Shown: positions 18,946-29,377, counted from the stretch's first letter. The stretch is 41,894 nt of DNA from an uncultured Nitrososphaerota archaeon (GCA_964636085.1 CAZWPQ010000001.1:137437-179330); one strand, 5' to 3'. Notes: a model not told the origin generated them from the sequence alone. Numbers and translations: made by a program.

Positions 18946-20043
18946 ATGCCTGACTCTAGGCCTGGGAGACCATTAATTATATATTCCGATGAGTATCTTA
19001 AACTTAACTTCGGCGATCATCATCCCTTCCAACCAACAAGATTCAAGACAACAATAGAACTAGTTAAGAAATATCTAATCCACGAAACTATACCGCCAGT
19101 TCGACTCCAGCCTAGCATTCTTATAAAACTTAATGTTCACTCTAAGGACTACATCAATAAGGTAAGGCGTTGTTCGGAGTTAGTTATACCATACCTATCG
19201 GAATACTCTGCTGATACACCTTGTTTTCAAGAAATTCTAGACTGGGGTCTCACATATTGTGGAGGCGTTATTTTGGGTTGTGATCAGGTAATTAGTGGCG
19301 ACTATGAAGTCGTGTTTAATGTTGCGGGTGGGTTTCATCATGCGAAATATAATGAAGATGGAGGATTTTGTGTTTTTAACGATTGTGCCCTAGCATTGTC
19401 CTATTTGGTTAGTAAGGGATTGAGACCCATCTATATCGATATTGATGCCCATGCAGGAGACGGAACTTACCTCATACTATATGACAAACCCATACCTAAA
19501 ATATCTATCCACGAGGATCCCAGATTTCTTTATCCAGGAAGGGGATTCATACATGAAATGGGTGCCGGCGAGGGGTATGGCTACACCCTAAATATCCCAC
19601 TTCCACCGCATTCTGGCGATAATGACATACTCTCTGTGTTTAGGGATCTAGTATTGCCCGTAATCAATATATACTCGCCCAACGTAATAGTATTTCAATG
19701 TGGTGTCGATGGGTACTTTAGGGATCCCCTAACTCACTTAAGTTATACGCATAGATGCTATATAGAAATTGCAAAGTTACTTAGAAAACTTAAATTGCCC
19801 TTAGTTTTATGTCCTGGGGGAGGATATTCAAACGATGCCCCTCTCTTACACCTATTAATTATTGCATACCTATCATACCAAGAATCTCGCATTAGCGATA
19901 TAATTAAGTACCTCGATGAAAATACCCCCGCAGAGCTCTATAAAGCTTATAACAGCCATACTGACACGCTAATACAAAGAATTACTAACATGCATCCAAT
20001 ATTCAAAATAGTAGATTCGAAAAGCTTTAGGCAAAGAGTTTGA
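18946..20043 (+). CDS. Zn-dependent deacetylase (HDAC/AcuC family)
   Basis: HPFQP.R, GGFHHA, GFCVFND, DIDAHAGDG, YPG.G, GVD..DPL, GGGY. Confidence 0.95.
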   Translation: MPDSRPGRPLIIYSDEYLKLNFGDHHPFQPTRFKTTIELVKKYLIHETIPPVRLQPSILIKLNVHSKDYINKVRRCSELVIPYLSEYSADTPCFQEILDWGLTYCGGVILGCDQVISGDYEVVFNVAGGFHHAKYNEDGGFCVFNDCALALSYLVSKGLRPIYIDIDAHAGDGTYLILYDKPIPKISIHEDPRFLYPGRGFIHEMGAGEGYGYTLNIPLPPHSGDNDILSVFRDLVLPVINIYSPNVIVFQCGVDGYFRDPLTHLSYTHRCYIEIAKLLRKLKLPLVLCPGGGYSNDAPLLHLLIIAYLSYQESRISDIIKYLDENTPAELYKAYNSHTDTLIQRITNMHPIFKIVDSKSFRQRV

Positions 20044-20061
20044 CATAGTTCCCATTATCAC

Positions 20062-20685
20062 TTAGATTCCAAGTTTTCTCCGAGTCTCTCTCGCCAATAT
20101 TTCAACTTCTCTCTTATAAGTATCGGGGAAGACCCTAGCGAGAACCGCTAATCTTGTCGCTTCTTGAAATACTCTTTTGACACCTAATCCCTCTATAGCA
20201 ACTGTCTTAAAGACAGGGAAGGGACCGTCAAGACGCAATACTCTAAGCATAACAACCTCAGGTAATGCATCGGGGAGATCTCTCTTATTTAATGCAACAA
20301 TTATTGGGATTTTCCCCCACTCGGAACCCAAAAAAGTCCTTAGTTCCTTTATACTATAGATGTTCTCCTCTAAGGCCTCTGGGTCCGAGTCGGCAACAAA
20401 GACGACGGCGTCTGCACCCTTAAGAATAATTCTGCGCTGTGTCTTATGCCTTCTTTGTCCTGGAACCGTATATAGATCGAAGAATATGTTTCCAGATGTC
20501 CCTAAGGGTACATAATCAAAATAAATAGTCCTCCCACTCTCGTCAGCAACCATCCTTAATTTTCCTTTTCTAAGACCCCTTATTTTGTTGTACAGCGCCT
20601 TCAACATTGTTGTTTTTCCGCCTAGTGATGGACCATAAAGTACGATTTTGAATCTATAGTGCCCGTACTTGTCCTTAAAAACCAT
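20062..20685 (-). CDS. Small GTPase, MglA type
   Basis: KIVLYGPSLGGKTT, GRTIYFD, YTVPGQ, LKGADAVVFVADS, NKRDL, TVA..G.GV. Confidence 0.92.
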   Translation of the reverse strand: MVFKDKYGHYRFKIVLYGPSLGGKTTMLKALYNKIRGLRKGKLRMVADESGRTIYFDYVPLGTSGNIFFDLYTVPGQRRHKTQRRIILKGADAVVFVADSDPEALEENIYSIKELRTFLGSEWGKIPIIVALNKRDLPDALPEVVMLRVLRLDGPFPVFKTVAIEGLGVKRVFQEATRLAVLARVFPDTYKREVEILARETRRKLGI

Positions 20686-20792
20686 GAAGTCCCACCAAAT
20701 TTCCTCGTATATGATAAAAACAACTCATAATAAAAAAATTACATTTAATTTGGGCTCTTGTTACAATAAAATTAAAAAAAGAGGATTTAGAT

Positions 20793-21956
20793 CTATAGCG
20801 TACGAAGAACAGAGTCTGGACCTACTTCTGACCACTCCTTCCTAGTAACCACTATTTTTCTGAAGGCAGGCAAGGATGCCAGGATCGAACCCCCTATGAA
20901 TACTCCATAGATGCGCTCCTCTGGGGCCTCAATTGCTACCTTATCCCTAGCACGCTCAGGCACTATTTCTTTCAGTTCTTTCTCCAGCCTTTCAGCAAAG
21001 TTTGGAATCATCGTATTACCTCCAGAAACAACAATATTTGAATACATCGCTGGTCTAACATCGATATCACATGCGAATATGGCATCCAATACTAACTCAT
21101 CTAATGGCTGTGCCTCTAGACCGATCAACATGGGCTTATACATAATCTCTGGAGCCATGAATCTTTCCTCTACGAGCTCGACTATTCTACCATCAGGAAG
21201 CTCATACGAGCCCGCAACCGCCTTAGGGATTTTCTTTGCCTTCTCTAGCTCAGCCTTATAATCTAGGGCAAAATAGCATAGCTTCTCCTTTATATCCCTT
21301 GCAATTTCCATCTCTGCGGAAGATGTGAAGTAGAGTCCACGCTTCGTCAATAATTTGGCTAAGTATCTAGTAACGTCTCTACCAGCTAAATTCAGACGCC
21401 TAACTGCGTGGGAAAGCAAGTAGCTTTCTTGTACTGGAACTATGTGTGTAACACCGTCTCCCGAGTCTATAACAAGTCCAGTAACACGACCAGCCGCGTA
21501 AAGGGACAGAATAGCCTGCGTTGCAACATAGATTCCTGGAACACCAAAGGTTTCAAACAATATTTCTGCCATTCTAATCCTATTGTCCTTTGGGCTTAAA
21601 GGAGCCTCTGTAACCAGAATGGCTTGATCCTGAGGATTGACTCGGAGCTCCTTATAGTATAGATGATAAATCAATTTTTCCCAAGCATCCCAATCTGCAA
21701 CTATTGCATGCTCCAGAGGCCAGACTAGCTGAAGAACTCCTCTCATGTGAACCGCGTCCCTACCGACATAATATTCTAGTGTCTCGGCTTCTGGCATTAC
21801 AACAGCATATTTTGGATAACCTACAACCGTTGGAAATACACTTCTCGGGTATTCGTCCCCCGCAAAGCCACATTTTGTGAACCCTGTTCCTAGGTCTGCT
21901 ATCACGGCGGGTCTTTCTAATTCGGGCATTTTATGGGGTGGAGTAGCACCTGCCAA
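20793..21956 (-). CDS. Actin (eukaryote-like, Asgard-type)
   Basis: DLGTGFTKCGFAGD.PRSVFP, TEAPL.PK.NR, DSGDGVTHIVPV, AGRD, DIKEKLCY, YELPDG, SGGNTM, GGSILASL; colinear with eukaryotic actin. Confidence 0.97.
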   Translation of the reverse strand: MAGATPPHKMPELERPAVIADLGTGFTKCGFAGDEYPRSVFPTVVGYPKYAVVMPEAETLEYYVGRDAVHMRGVLQLVWPLEHAIVADWDAWEKLIYHLYYKELRVNPQDQAILVTEAPLSPKDNRIRMAEILFETFGVPGIYVATQAILSLYAAGRVTGLVIDSGDGVTHIVPVQESYLLSHAVRRLNLAGRDVTRYLAKLLTKRGLYFTSSAEMEIARDIKEKLCYFALDYKAELEKAKKIPKAVAGSYELPDGRIVELVEERFMAPEIMYKPMLIGLEAQPLDELVLDAIFACDIDVRPAMYSNIVVSGGNTMIPNFAERLEKELKEIVPERARDKVAIEAPEERIYGVFIGGSILASLPAFRKIVVTRKEWSEVGPDSVLRTL

Positions 21957-22161
21957 TTTTCACACCTCTTGTTGGAAACCTCAATTCTAATTAAAATTTC
22001 GCAATATAATACTTAAATACTCCATTTATAAATGAGTTGATGCCAGAATAACCTGATTTTTGAAACAGTATATTCTTGCATTGCTTAGAAAAATTTTATT
22101 CTCAGTGCCAGTAGAATCTATATGTTTTGTGTTTGTACGACTCTACATGCTACTACCTTAG

Positions 22162-23847
22162 TTATATTCGCGCAATCGTTTTCCTTATTTCACTTGCTAT
22201 ATCTACCGTTTCCGCCATAATTATTACATTTTTTCCAATACGCCTTATCCTTATTAGCTTCCCCATATAATTTATTCTCTCATTTGTAGATTTGTCAAGT
22301 ACTTTTTCAACGACATCTACTGGTACATCATAACTCAATAGAATTTTTTTAAGAGGTGCAATATCCAAGATTGCCTCAAGGTTAAACGCAATCCTGAAAT
22401 TCTCCATTTTCCGTTTTATACCCTCTATGAGATCTCTAATTAATTCCCTTGGATGGGATTCAAGTTTTTTATCAAAGTCCTCTAATTGACTTAGGGTTAT
22501 GCCTGTTCCCTGTATGATTTGATAATATTCATCTTCTAGGATCTTCCTCTTGTTAGCCATTATTGAGGCGACTTCTTCCTTGACATATTCATATAATTGT
22601 TGAACTACTAGATCACCTCTTCCAAATTCGCCGTATGCTGAAGATTCAAGCCTTCTCAATGCATCCATATGCGATAATTTAGCTGCATTAAAGTTGGAGA
22701 GACTTGATAAACTCTCAAGAGGCTTTATTCCAAGAGCCCTACATGCTAAAAGCAGGGATTCCGCCCAAACACCTAGTTCACCATCAGTAATCCATTTTGT
22801 TTCTATCACTTCTCTTATAGTTTGTTTTATCAATACCCAAGGATTAGGAACTCGACTTTTAACTAACGGCTTTAATTCAAGTCTATGTGCCAATATATAA
22901 GGCGCGGCCCATGTAACGTCACTATAATCCACATAATCCCTCTTATGGAGCCATGCTCTGGCCCTCGCATATAGTAGTAATGCCAAATTTGCTCTTTCGT
23001 CTGGTGGTTCTTGGACAAAGCTACAGGGCTCATTTGAATATTCACACTCTGTGCACTTGAGGCGCATGTAACCAATTATGCCCCTCTTATATTTGCATAC
23101 TCTGAACATTGATACAATCATTAGACTAAAAATCCTAACGTCTTCAGGAATCTTCACATTGACTACGTCATCCCAAATTTCTAATAATTCTGCTATAGAA
23201 AGAACTCGAGGCATTGTTTTTACCAGATCAGGATAACTCTGAGTTTCTACTTCACTCGCTATTAGTGAATCGATAATTTTCTTAGAGCCGCTCAGATCTG
23301 GCAAATCTATATAGCATGACCCTAGGAACCTTGCCTTTAATGCTCTATCCATATCCCCTCTAAATGGATTCATATCGGCAAAGCATAAATACTCAGGCGT
23401 TCTAAAGATCTTGCCACCATATTCTAAATATCCCTCCTCTAGGAGACTAAGTAAAGCATCCTGTATACTCTTGGAGAACCTATTAATTTCATTGATGAAC
23501 TTTATCCTAGCCATAACTATTGGTCTAACAACTATTTCTTCCTCCCCTGTTGATAATAATTTCACAATGTTAGTGGAGATAAGCACCTTCTGCAATGTCT
23601 TTTCAGGAGCCCCAATTGCCATTCCAAATATCATACCAGAAGAATCCTTAGATAAACCCCTAGCTATAAGCCGTACAAGCGTAGATTTGCCCGCGCCTGG
23701 AAATCCTACTAACAGGACCTTATTATTTCTTATTAATATTGAAGTAATAATGAACTCCTTTAGCTCTTTATCGCTACATACCCATCTCCTGAACAGTTCT
23801 TTTTCTAATTCCTTAATCTTATCCCAGTATACAAATTTTGGTTGCAA
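22162..23847 (-). CDS. MoxR/RavA-like AAA+ ATPase
   Basis: GFPGAGKS, variant Walker B FINEINR, QDALLSLLEEG, MNP, D.ALKARF, LAHRL. Confidence 0.88.
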   Translation of the reverse strand: MQPKFVYWDKIKELEKELFRRWVCSDKELKEFIITSILIRNNKVLLVGFPGAGKSTLVRLIARGLSKDSSGMIFGMAIGAPEKTLQKVLISTNIVKLLSTGEEEIVVRPIVMARIKFINEINRFSKSIQDALLSLLEEGYLEYGGKIFRTPEYLCFADMNPFRGDMDRALKARFLGSCYIDLPDLSGSKKIIDSLIASEVETQSYPDLVKTMPRVLSIAELLEIWDDVVNVKIPEDVRIFSLMIVSMFRVCKYKRGIIGYMRLKCTECEYSNEPCSFVQEPPDERANLALLLYARARAWLHKRDYVDYSDVTWAAPYILAHRLELKPLVKSRVPNPWVLIKQTIREVIETKWITDGELGVWAESLLLACRALGIKPLESLSSLSNFNAAKLSHMDALRRLESSAYGEFGRGDLVVQQLYEYVKEEVASIMANKRKILEDEYYQIIQGTGITLSQLEDFDKKLESHPRELIRDLIEGIKRKMENFRIAFNLEAILDIAPLKKILLSYDVPVDVVEKVLDKSTNERINYMGKLIRIRRIGKNVIIMAETVDIASEIRKTIARI

Positions 23848-23900
23848 ATTTACTCCTCCCTAAATAACTTCAACCAAAGAACGAATAATTGTGTAAATAC

Positions 23901-25544
23901 TTATAAAATGTTGTCCCTTACCAACATAGCTATTCTCCCAATCATGTCTTCCATGGGTTCTTTTGGAGGTATCTTAATTATCGATATGCCAGTACTCTCT
24001 ATCGTATCTCTCGATCTGCTCCATATATTGTCCGTGATGGCAAACATTATCACTTTTATTCTACCACTCAGATCACTAAGTCTTTGCTGAACTATCGGGT
24101 AATTTATATCATATATCATTGTATCCGTTATTATGGCTAACAAAACCCTCTCCGACACCATTGAAATATGCTTCTCAATCGTATCAAATACAAATCTTAT
24201 GTTTGTGCCTCCAGCAGCATCCAAACGCAGTATTATCTCTTCTACTAAATCATAGTTTTGTGTTGGTTCTACCCCCCGCCATGCACCAGACGAAAAAGTT
24301 GTGAGCCCTATCGTTCTTTCGTATTTTTTAGCGACCTCTACCATTGCAACCCCTAACTCCACAGCTCTTTCTATGCTTTCCCCTTGCATTGAGCCACTTG
24401 TATCTATACATAATTCCAAATGCCCTATCCCTGCGGAAAATAGGGGGCCGCTTCTAGACTCATAGATGTTTTTAAGAGTAGATAGGTTAGGAATCACTAA
24501 CCCAAAATTCTCTGCAGAAATTTCAACATCCAAATCATCCTCATCGTCTCCTAAGTACCAATTGTCATACCCATACTTACTTCTGGTTAAACTTTTTTCC
24601 ATTAAAATTGTCTCTACAATAGATAGAAGTCTCCTTATACGAGCTCTTCTAACAGCTGCAAGATATCTTTTTTCTTCGAGCAACTTTTGTATCATTTCCC
24701 TTTGGTTAGAGTAGGCTGGTATTCTACCACCACTTTGCATTTGATCCAGCCTCCTAGCCAAGTTCTTTGCCAAGTCTTCATCCAACTCCGCGACGTATTC
24801 CATCTCCTCATGTGTAAGTTTTGCCTTTTTATACGACCTTGTAGATTCTAATCTATAGTCATCGCATGCTACTGGTACAATTATCCTCCTTAAATCTCTC
24901 TCGTGATAATCCCAAGGGTCAAAATTTTTGCACATTCGCCTTATCATTTCAAAGAAAAGTCTCGATTTCAAGTATATGGGTATTTTGGAGAAAAATAGAG
25001 CTTTCAATTTTTCGAGAGTTTCTGTATCTCCAACTTTTTTCCCGCAGATACAATAGTCTATGAAATCGCGGACGAACCTGCCTAACTTTGTCTTAGGCTT
25101 ATATCGATTAAGGACACATGCCAATGTCTCTTTTACCATCCATTTCCATTTCTTCTTTCTTAGTAATTCTAGCAACATATAAAACATCGAAAAAAGTGAT
25201 ACCATAAAACCATGGATTTTGGACTGACCAAAATCGCTAAAAACTTTTCTTGAAGCTATCCAAATCAATAATCTATTCAACTCAGTAGCGGGCATTATTG
25301 CATGAAAACTTAGGCCCTTCAGTAATAAGTATTTATCGAAACATGAAAGACGATCGATTGTTGGTATATCAGACATATATATTGTTCCCCACCGATCATA
25401 CCACGCCTCCCTCATATCACATATGATAACATCAAAACTTGGAAAAATCCCAAAGTCCTTAGCGAAATTTTTTAGTATCAACTCAAACTCATCACATCTT
25501 ATCCTACTGGAGTGCAGAACACACCGTATCGCCATTAATTTCAC
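23901..25544 (-). CDS. VWA-domain protein (MoxR partner)
   Basis: MIDAS motif DTSGS, GGTN, ITD in the C-terminal domain. Confidence 0.88.
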   Translation of the reverse strand: MKLMAIRCVLHSSRIRCDEFELILKNFAKDFGIFPSFDVIICDMREAWYDRWGTIYMSDIPTIDRLSCFDKYLLLKGLSFHAIMPATELNRLLIWIASRKVFSDFGQSKIHGFMVSLFSMFYMLLELLRKKKWKWMVKETLACVLNRYKPKTKLGRFVRDFIDYCICGKKVGDTETLEKLKALFFSKIPIYLKSRLFFEMIRRMCKNFDPWDYHERDLRRIIVPVACDDYRLESTRSYKKAKLTHEEMEYVAELDEDLAKNLARRLDQMQSGGRIPAYSNQREMIQKLLEEKRYLAAVRRARIRRLLSIVETILMEKSLTRSKYGYDNWYLGDDEDDLDVEISAENFGLVIPNLSTLKNIYESRSGPLFSAGIGHLELCIDTSGSMQGESIERAVELGVAMVEVAKKYERTIGLTTFSSGAWRGVEPTQNYDLVEEIILRLDAAGGTNIRFVFDTIEKHISMVSERVLLAIITDTMIYDINYPIVQQRLSDLSGRIKVIMFAITDNIWSRSRDTIESTGISIIKIPPKEPMEDMIGRIAMLVRDNIL

Positions 25545-25554
25545 TTAGTGTAAA

Positions 25555-26730
25555 TTATCTAACAGGTTTATCACTTATACCAACGGTATTGCCTATCCCT
25601 AAGATTATAACTTTCCCCCCCTCGGGCACCTCCTCGACGATTAGTCTTCTAATAATCTTGTATGCCTCGTCCACCGAGGATAAAAGCTCCTTCCTTAGAG
25701 GCGTCAAAGACTCCAGATAATTTTCTTTTATCGCAACGGCAAATAATGGTATCTTGTATTTTGCAGTCCATTTCTCTATTCTGAACTTTTCAGGCCCTGG
25801 ATCGCCTATGGCTGCACCTACACCAACGTCAACATGGCCTGGCTCCTCTGATTCTAATCTCAGGGCAGCATCAACAGTGATAACAGCATCAACATTCCCC
25901 TCAATTTTCTGTAATATCTTTTCAAGGAACCTCCCGGGTCGTCCTACTTCACTACCTGGCCCCACAGCTTTTACCGCCAAAATATAGCGCCCATTATACT
26001 CTATGGAGCTATAAGCAATCCTCATTTCCTCATCGACATCCACCACTTCTCCAAAAAACTTTTGAGCCACCATAGCACCTACAGAATCTCCTACAGGAGC
26101 CCCAACAACAAAACTCTTTATCGCATCATAAAAGCTTAGACATAATTCGCGGAAGAATGGAACCCAGAATTTAAGCTGAAAGAGGTAAAATATATTGTTT
26201 GTCCTAATACCAACTTTATAAAGGTGCACTGAGATTTTCCATAAATACCTTATAACTGCTGCTGCCTCTAAAGCACTCTCCAAATTTTTATTTACAAAAG
26301 AAGGCGCCTCAGGGAGAATCTTTAGAGATATCCCCTCAAGCCTTCTCCTTCTAACATCTATTAAATGCTCTAGTCTCTCTATAATGCCAGTTGGATCCAA
26401 TGTTACTGGGTATATTAGAAAACTATTTATGATTTCATCAATTCGTTCCATCATTTTTTTAAACTCATCAAGCGCCATTATCCTTTTAGCAATTGCATCT
26501 GGGTTCTCATCCGTCAGATCTTTCACTATATCCTTTCTATATTTTAATATCAAACCGACAAATAATCGTTTAGAGAGCTTCTCATAAATCGTTATCTCGT
26601 TTATGAAGGATCTAAGACTATACCTAAGCATTAATGCTTGTAGCTCATTTAGGAATAGTATAAATAGTATGAAGATTATCATCGATACTAAATAATCTAA
26701 ACTACCTTGCATTATGACCATTAGGTACAC
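25555..26730 (-). CDS. DUF1512 family membrane-anchored protein
   Basis: N-terminal TM, PVTLDPTGII.RL.H, PVGDSVG, VDAALRLE.E, GAAIG.PG.EK, GIGNTVGI. Confidence 0.85.
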   Translation of the reverse strand: MYLMVIMQGSLDYLVSMIIFILFILFLNELQALMLRYSLRSFINEITIYEKLSKRLFVGLILKYRKDIVKDLTDENPDAIAKRIMALDEFKKMMERIDEIINSFLIYPVTLDPTGIIERLEHLIDVRRRRLEGISLKILPEAPSFVNKNLESALEAAAVIRYLWKISVHLYKVGIRTNNIFYLFQLKFWVPFFRELCLSFYDAIKSFVVGAPVGDSVGAMVAQKFFGEVVDVDEEMRIAYSSIEYNGRYILAVKAVGPGSEVGRPGRFLEKILQKIEGNVDAVITVDAALRLESEEPGHVDVGVGAAIGDPGPEKFRIEKWTAKYKIPLFAVAIKENYLESLTPLRKELLSSVDEAYKIIRRLIVEEVPEGGKVIILGIGNTVGISDKPVR

Positions 26731-26801
26731 CGAACCCTCGACTTCTAATATCTATTTTTGTAGAATATATTAAATGGAGAAATTATACTAGGGAGACAGT
26801 T

Positions 26802-27848
26802 ATGGGCGTAAAATTTGGGCCTCTATTTAGGGAGAATGAAATCGAGGGAATCCTTATAGACAAAATCAATATTTTAGAGGGAAAATATATTGCCATCGAC
26901 GGTCTCGTTACGCTTTATGAAATGACGACAATCATTAGGGATAGAACTGGAAAACCGCTTAAGGATTCTAAGGGAAGAATCACATCACATCTTGTCGGTC
27001 TTTTCAATAGAACTTGTAGAATGTTATCCATAGGCATAAAACCCATATATGTATTTGATGGCCCCCCTCATCCACTTAAATTAAAGGTTCTCCAAGAAAG
27101 ACACCTCCGAAGAGAAGACGCGGAGCAAAAGTACATTGAGGCACTTTCCCGAGGAGATTACGAGGAAGCAAAAAAATATGCCAAACAAGCTGCCAGAATA
27201 GAGGATTATATGGTTGAAAGCGCAAAAACTCTTCTCGGGTATCTAGGCGTTCCTATAATCACTGCACCGCATGACGGAGAGGCACAAGCCGCATACTTAG
27301 TTAAGAAGGGAGATGCCTATGCCGTTAGCTCCCCTGACTATGACTCATTCCTATATGGTGCTCCTAAGGTTATACGAGGGTTACGGATAACAAAGAGTGG
27401 GGGGAGAAAGGGAGAAGAAGAAATTAGGGAATATGATCTTAGTGATGTCCTTTCAAAACTAGGAATTAGTTATGAGCAACTAGTAGATCTCGCAATTCTT
27501 ATTGGTACTGATTATAACCCAGAAGGTTTTCGTGGAATTGGACCTAAAAAAGCATTTAACCTCATTAAACAGCATAGATCTCTCGAAAGAATAGTAAAGC
27601 TTAGTATAGTAAAGTGGACATACCCATTCTCAATTGATGACATTAGATCTATCTTTCTTAAACCACCAATAACGGACAATTACGACATTAAGTTTAGGGA
27701 GCCCAATAGAGAAAAAATACTGGAGTTTCTAGTTGAGGAACACGATTTTAATCCGGAGAGAGTCAATAAAGAGCTTGATGAGGTCTTCAAAAGAATTGAA
27801 AGGGAAGAAAAAGCTGGAAGACAGGCTAGCCTTTTTGATTTCTTTTAG
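26802..27848 (+). CDS. fen: Flap endonuclease 1
   Basis: TSHL.G, VFDG, GEAQAA, DYD..LYG, GTDYN, PIP box QASLFDFF. Confidence 0.97.
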   Translation: MGVKFGPLFRENEIEGILIDKINILEGKYIAIDGLVTLYEMTTIIRDRTGKPLKDSKGRITSHLVGLFNRTCRMLSIGIKPIYVFDGPPHPLKLKVLQERHLRREDAEQKYIEALSRGDYEEAKKYAKQAARIEDYMVESAKTLLGYLGVPIITAPHDGEAQAAYLVKKGDAYAVSSPDYDSFLYGAPKVIRGLRITKSGGRKGEEEIREYDLSDVLSKLGISYEQLVDLAILIGTDYNPEGFRGIGPKKAFNLIKQHRSLERIVKLSIVKWTYPFSIDDIRSIFLKPPITDNYDIKFREPNREKILEFLVEEHDFNPERVNKELDEVFKRIEREEKAGRQASLFDFF

Positions 27849-27851
27849 TAA

Positions 27852-28118
27852 TTACTCTGCATACGGTCTGTACTTTTTTGTTTCCAATCGTTTTAAGGAT
27901 TCTCTTATAACTTTTTCTACATCAACCTTTAGTAATGTTGCTATGATAAAAATCTCCAAAATAGCACCCTCAATATATTGCAGGATTGACTCTGCAGTAT
28001 TTGCTTCTCTCAACAATTCTAGTGTTATTATCTGGGCATCATGTAGCAGATCTACTATGGTGTCTGATCCTTCGCTTATTAGTTTTTTAATAATACGTTG
28101 AAATTCCCCGATCCTCAA
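27852..28118 (-). CDS. Small helical protein, degenerate MazG-like
   Basis: M.I.EFQ..I N-terminus and IA..L.VD.E C-terminus; acidic catalytic motifs missing. Confidence 0.5.
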   Translation of the reverse strand: MRIGEFQRIIKKLISEGSDTIVDLLHDAQIITLELLREANTAESILQYIEGAILEIFIIATLLKVDVEKVIRESLKRLETKKYRPYAE

Positions 28119-28227
28119 TAATGACCCCCGACTTTTATAGGATGATGCCCTATAAAAAGTATCGATATCATGCTAATAGTATCTTAGCCCATAGCTACGT
28201 AGTGCTAGAAGACATACATGTGAAATA

Positions 28228-28794
28228 CTATATACCTCTTGACTTTCTCAACTTTATGCTTACCTGAAACTTTAAGGCTGTGTCTACCTTATAATAGACT
28301 ATATCGCCATCTTGATCGACTATAGCTAACACGAGATCTTTATCATCCCGCTTGGCCATTTCTAATGCAGTACTTAATGTTTCTATCCCTATGCTTTTTT
28401 CTGCATGAACGACCATAAGATACCTCCTTGAAGTTTCAACACTCACATCTGCACCTCTGTCGTATACCTCAAAAACTATGGGGCTAGGGCCTGACACTTT
28501 TATGGGAAAGCCTCTCTCACGTAGGTCTAAATATGTTATGAACTTTGTCATAAATTCCTTATCTTTTGTACATTCTGCATATATAATCTCCTCTAGATCT
28601 AACCTCGTGTGAGATTCATCGACCCGCCTTTTCAATATTAGATAGCTTACCTCAAGAGGATGCAACCTAATAATCTCTCCCTCCTCTTTCCCCATTCCCT
28701 CCGCGATAAGTAATCTCCACTTTGGATTTTCCCGTTTGTTTAGTACATAACACCCATTCTTGATGTTTATCTTGAATTTACCCACACATATCAC
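28228..28794 (-). CDS. tRNA-splicing endonuclease, structural (non-catalytic) subunit
   Basis: LHPLEVSYL, Y.DLRERG, LVLAIVD..GDIVYY; the catalytic KYG..F/His motifs are absent. Confidence 0.85.
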   Translation of the reverse strand: MICVGKFKINIKNGCYVLNKRENPKWRLLIAEGMGKEEGEIIRLHPLEVSYLILKRRVDESHTRLDLEEIIYAECTKDKEFMTKFITYLDLRERGFPIKVSGPSPIVFEVYDRGADVSVETSRRYLMVVHAEKSIGIETLSTALEMAKRDDKDLVLAIVDQDGDIVYYKVDTALKFQVSIKLRKSRGI

Positions 28795-29377
28795 TCGAAG
28801 AGATTTTCCTTAATACATATCCTAGAATCTCTGCATGTATTTCATCTGGACTTTTTGACGCATCTATGATATATACATCGCAACATGGTATATTGAGAAT
28901 GCTTGGGATCCTCAAGTATATCTCTCTCACAGTATTCAGAAATTCCAGTACCTCAAATGTGTCCTTGGTCTCCAATCTAGCTAAAGCCGCTTCTGGTTTT
29001 ATGTCTAGTATAAATACTAGATTGGGTTGAGGCATATTTTTGTGGTCGTTTATTATTCTTTCTATCGAAATACCTTGAGCACCTTGATAGGCTATTGTTG
29101 AAATATAATACCGATCGAGAATCACAATATAGCCCTCCTCAAGAAACATTTTTATTTTTTTTGAATTTAACGATCTATCCCTCAAGAACAAACCATACAG
29201 CTCCTCGGGAGTATAATTGCCACTTTTCAATTTTTGTCGTATAGCATTACCATATATACTATCCGTTGGCTCATATAGTAACACCGTTTTGTACCCCCTT
29301 CTAGCCAGTGCACCATTCAGCATCTTTGCTTGTGTTGTCTTGCCACTACCATCGATCCCCTCCATAACCACCAACAT
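28778..29377 (-). CDS. tmk: Thymidylate kinase
   Basis: EGIDGSGKTT, EP, DRY..S..AYQG. Confidence 0.96.
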   Translation of the reverse strand: MLVVMEGIDGSGKTTQAKMLNGALARRGYKTVLLYEPTDSIYGNAIRQKLKSGNYTPEELYGLFLRDRSLNSKKIKMFLEEGYIVILDRYYISTIAYQGAQGISIERIINDHKNMPQPNLVFILDIKPEAALARLETKDTFEVLEFLNTVREIYLRIPSILNIPCCDVYIIDASKSPDEIHAEILGYVLRKISSSDMCG

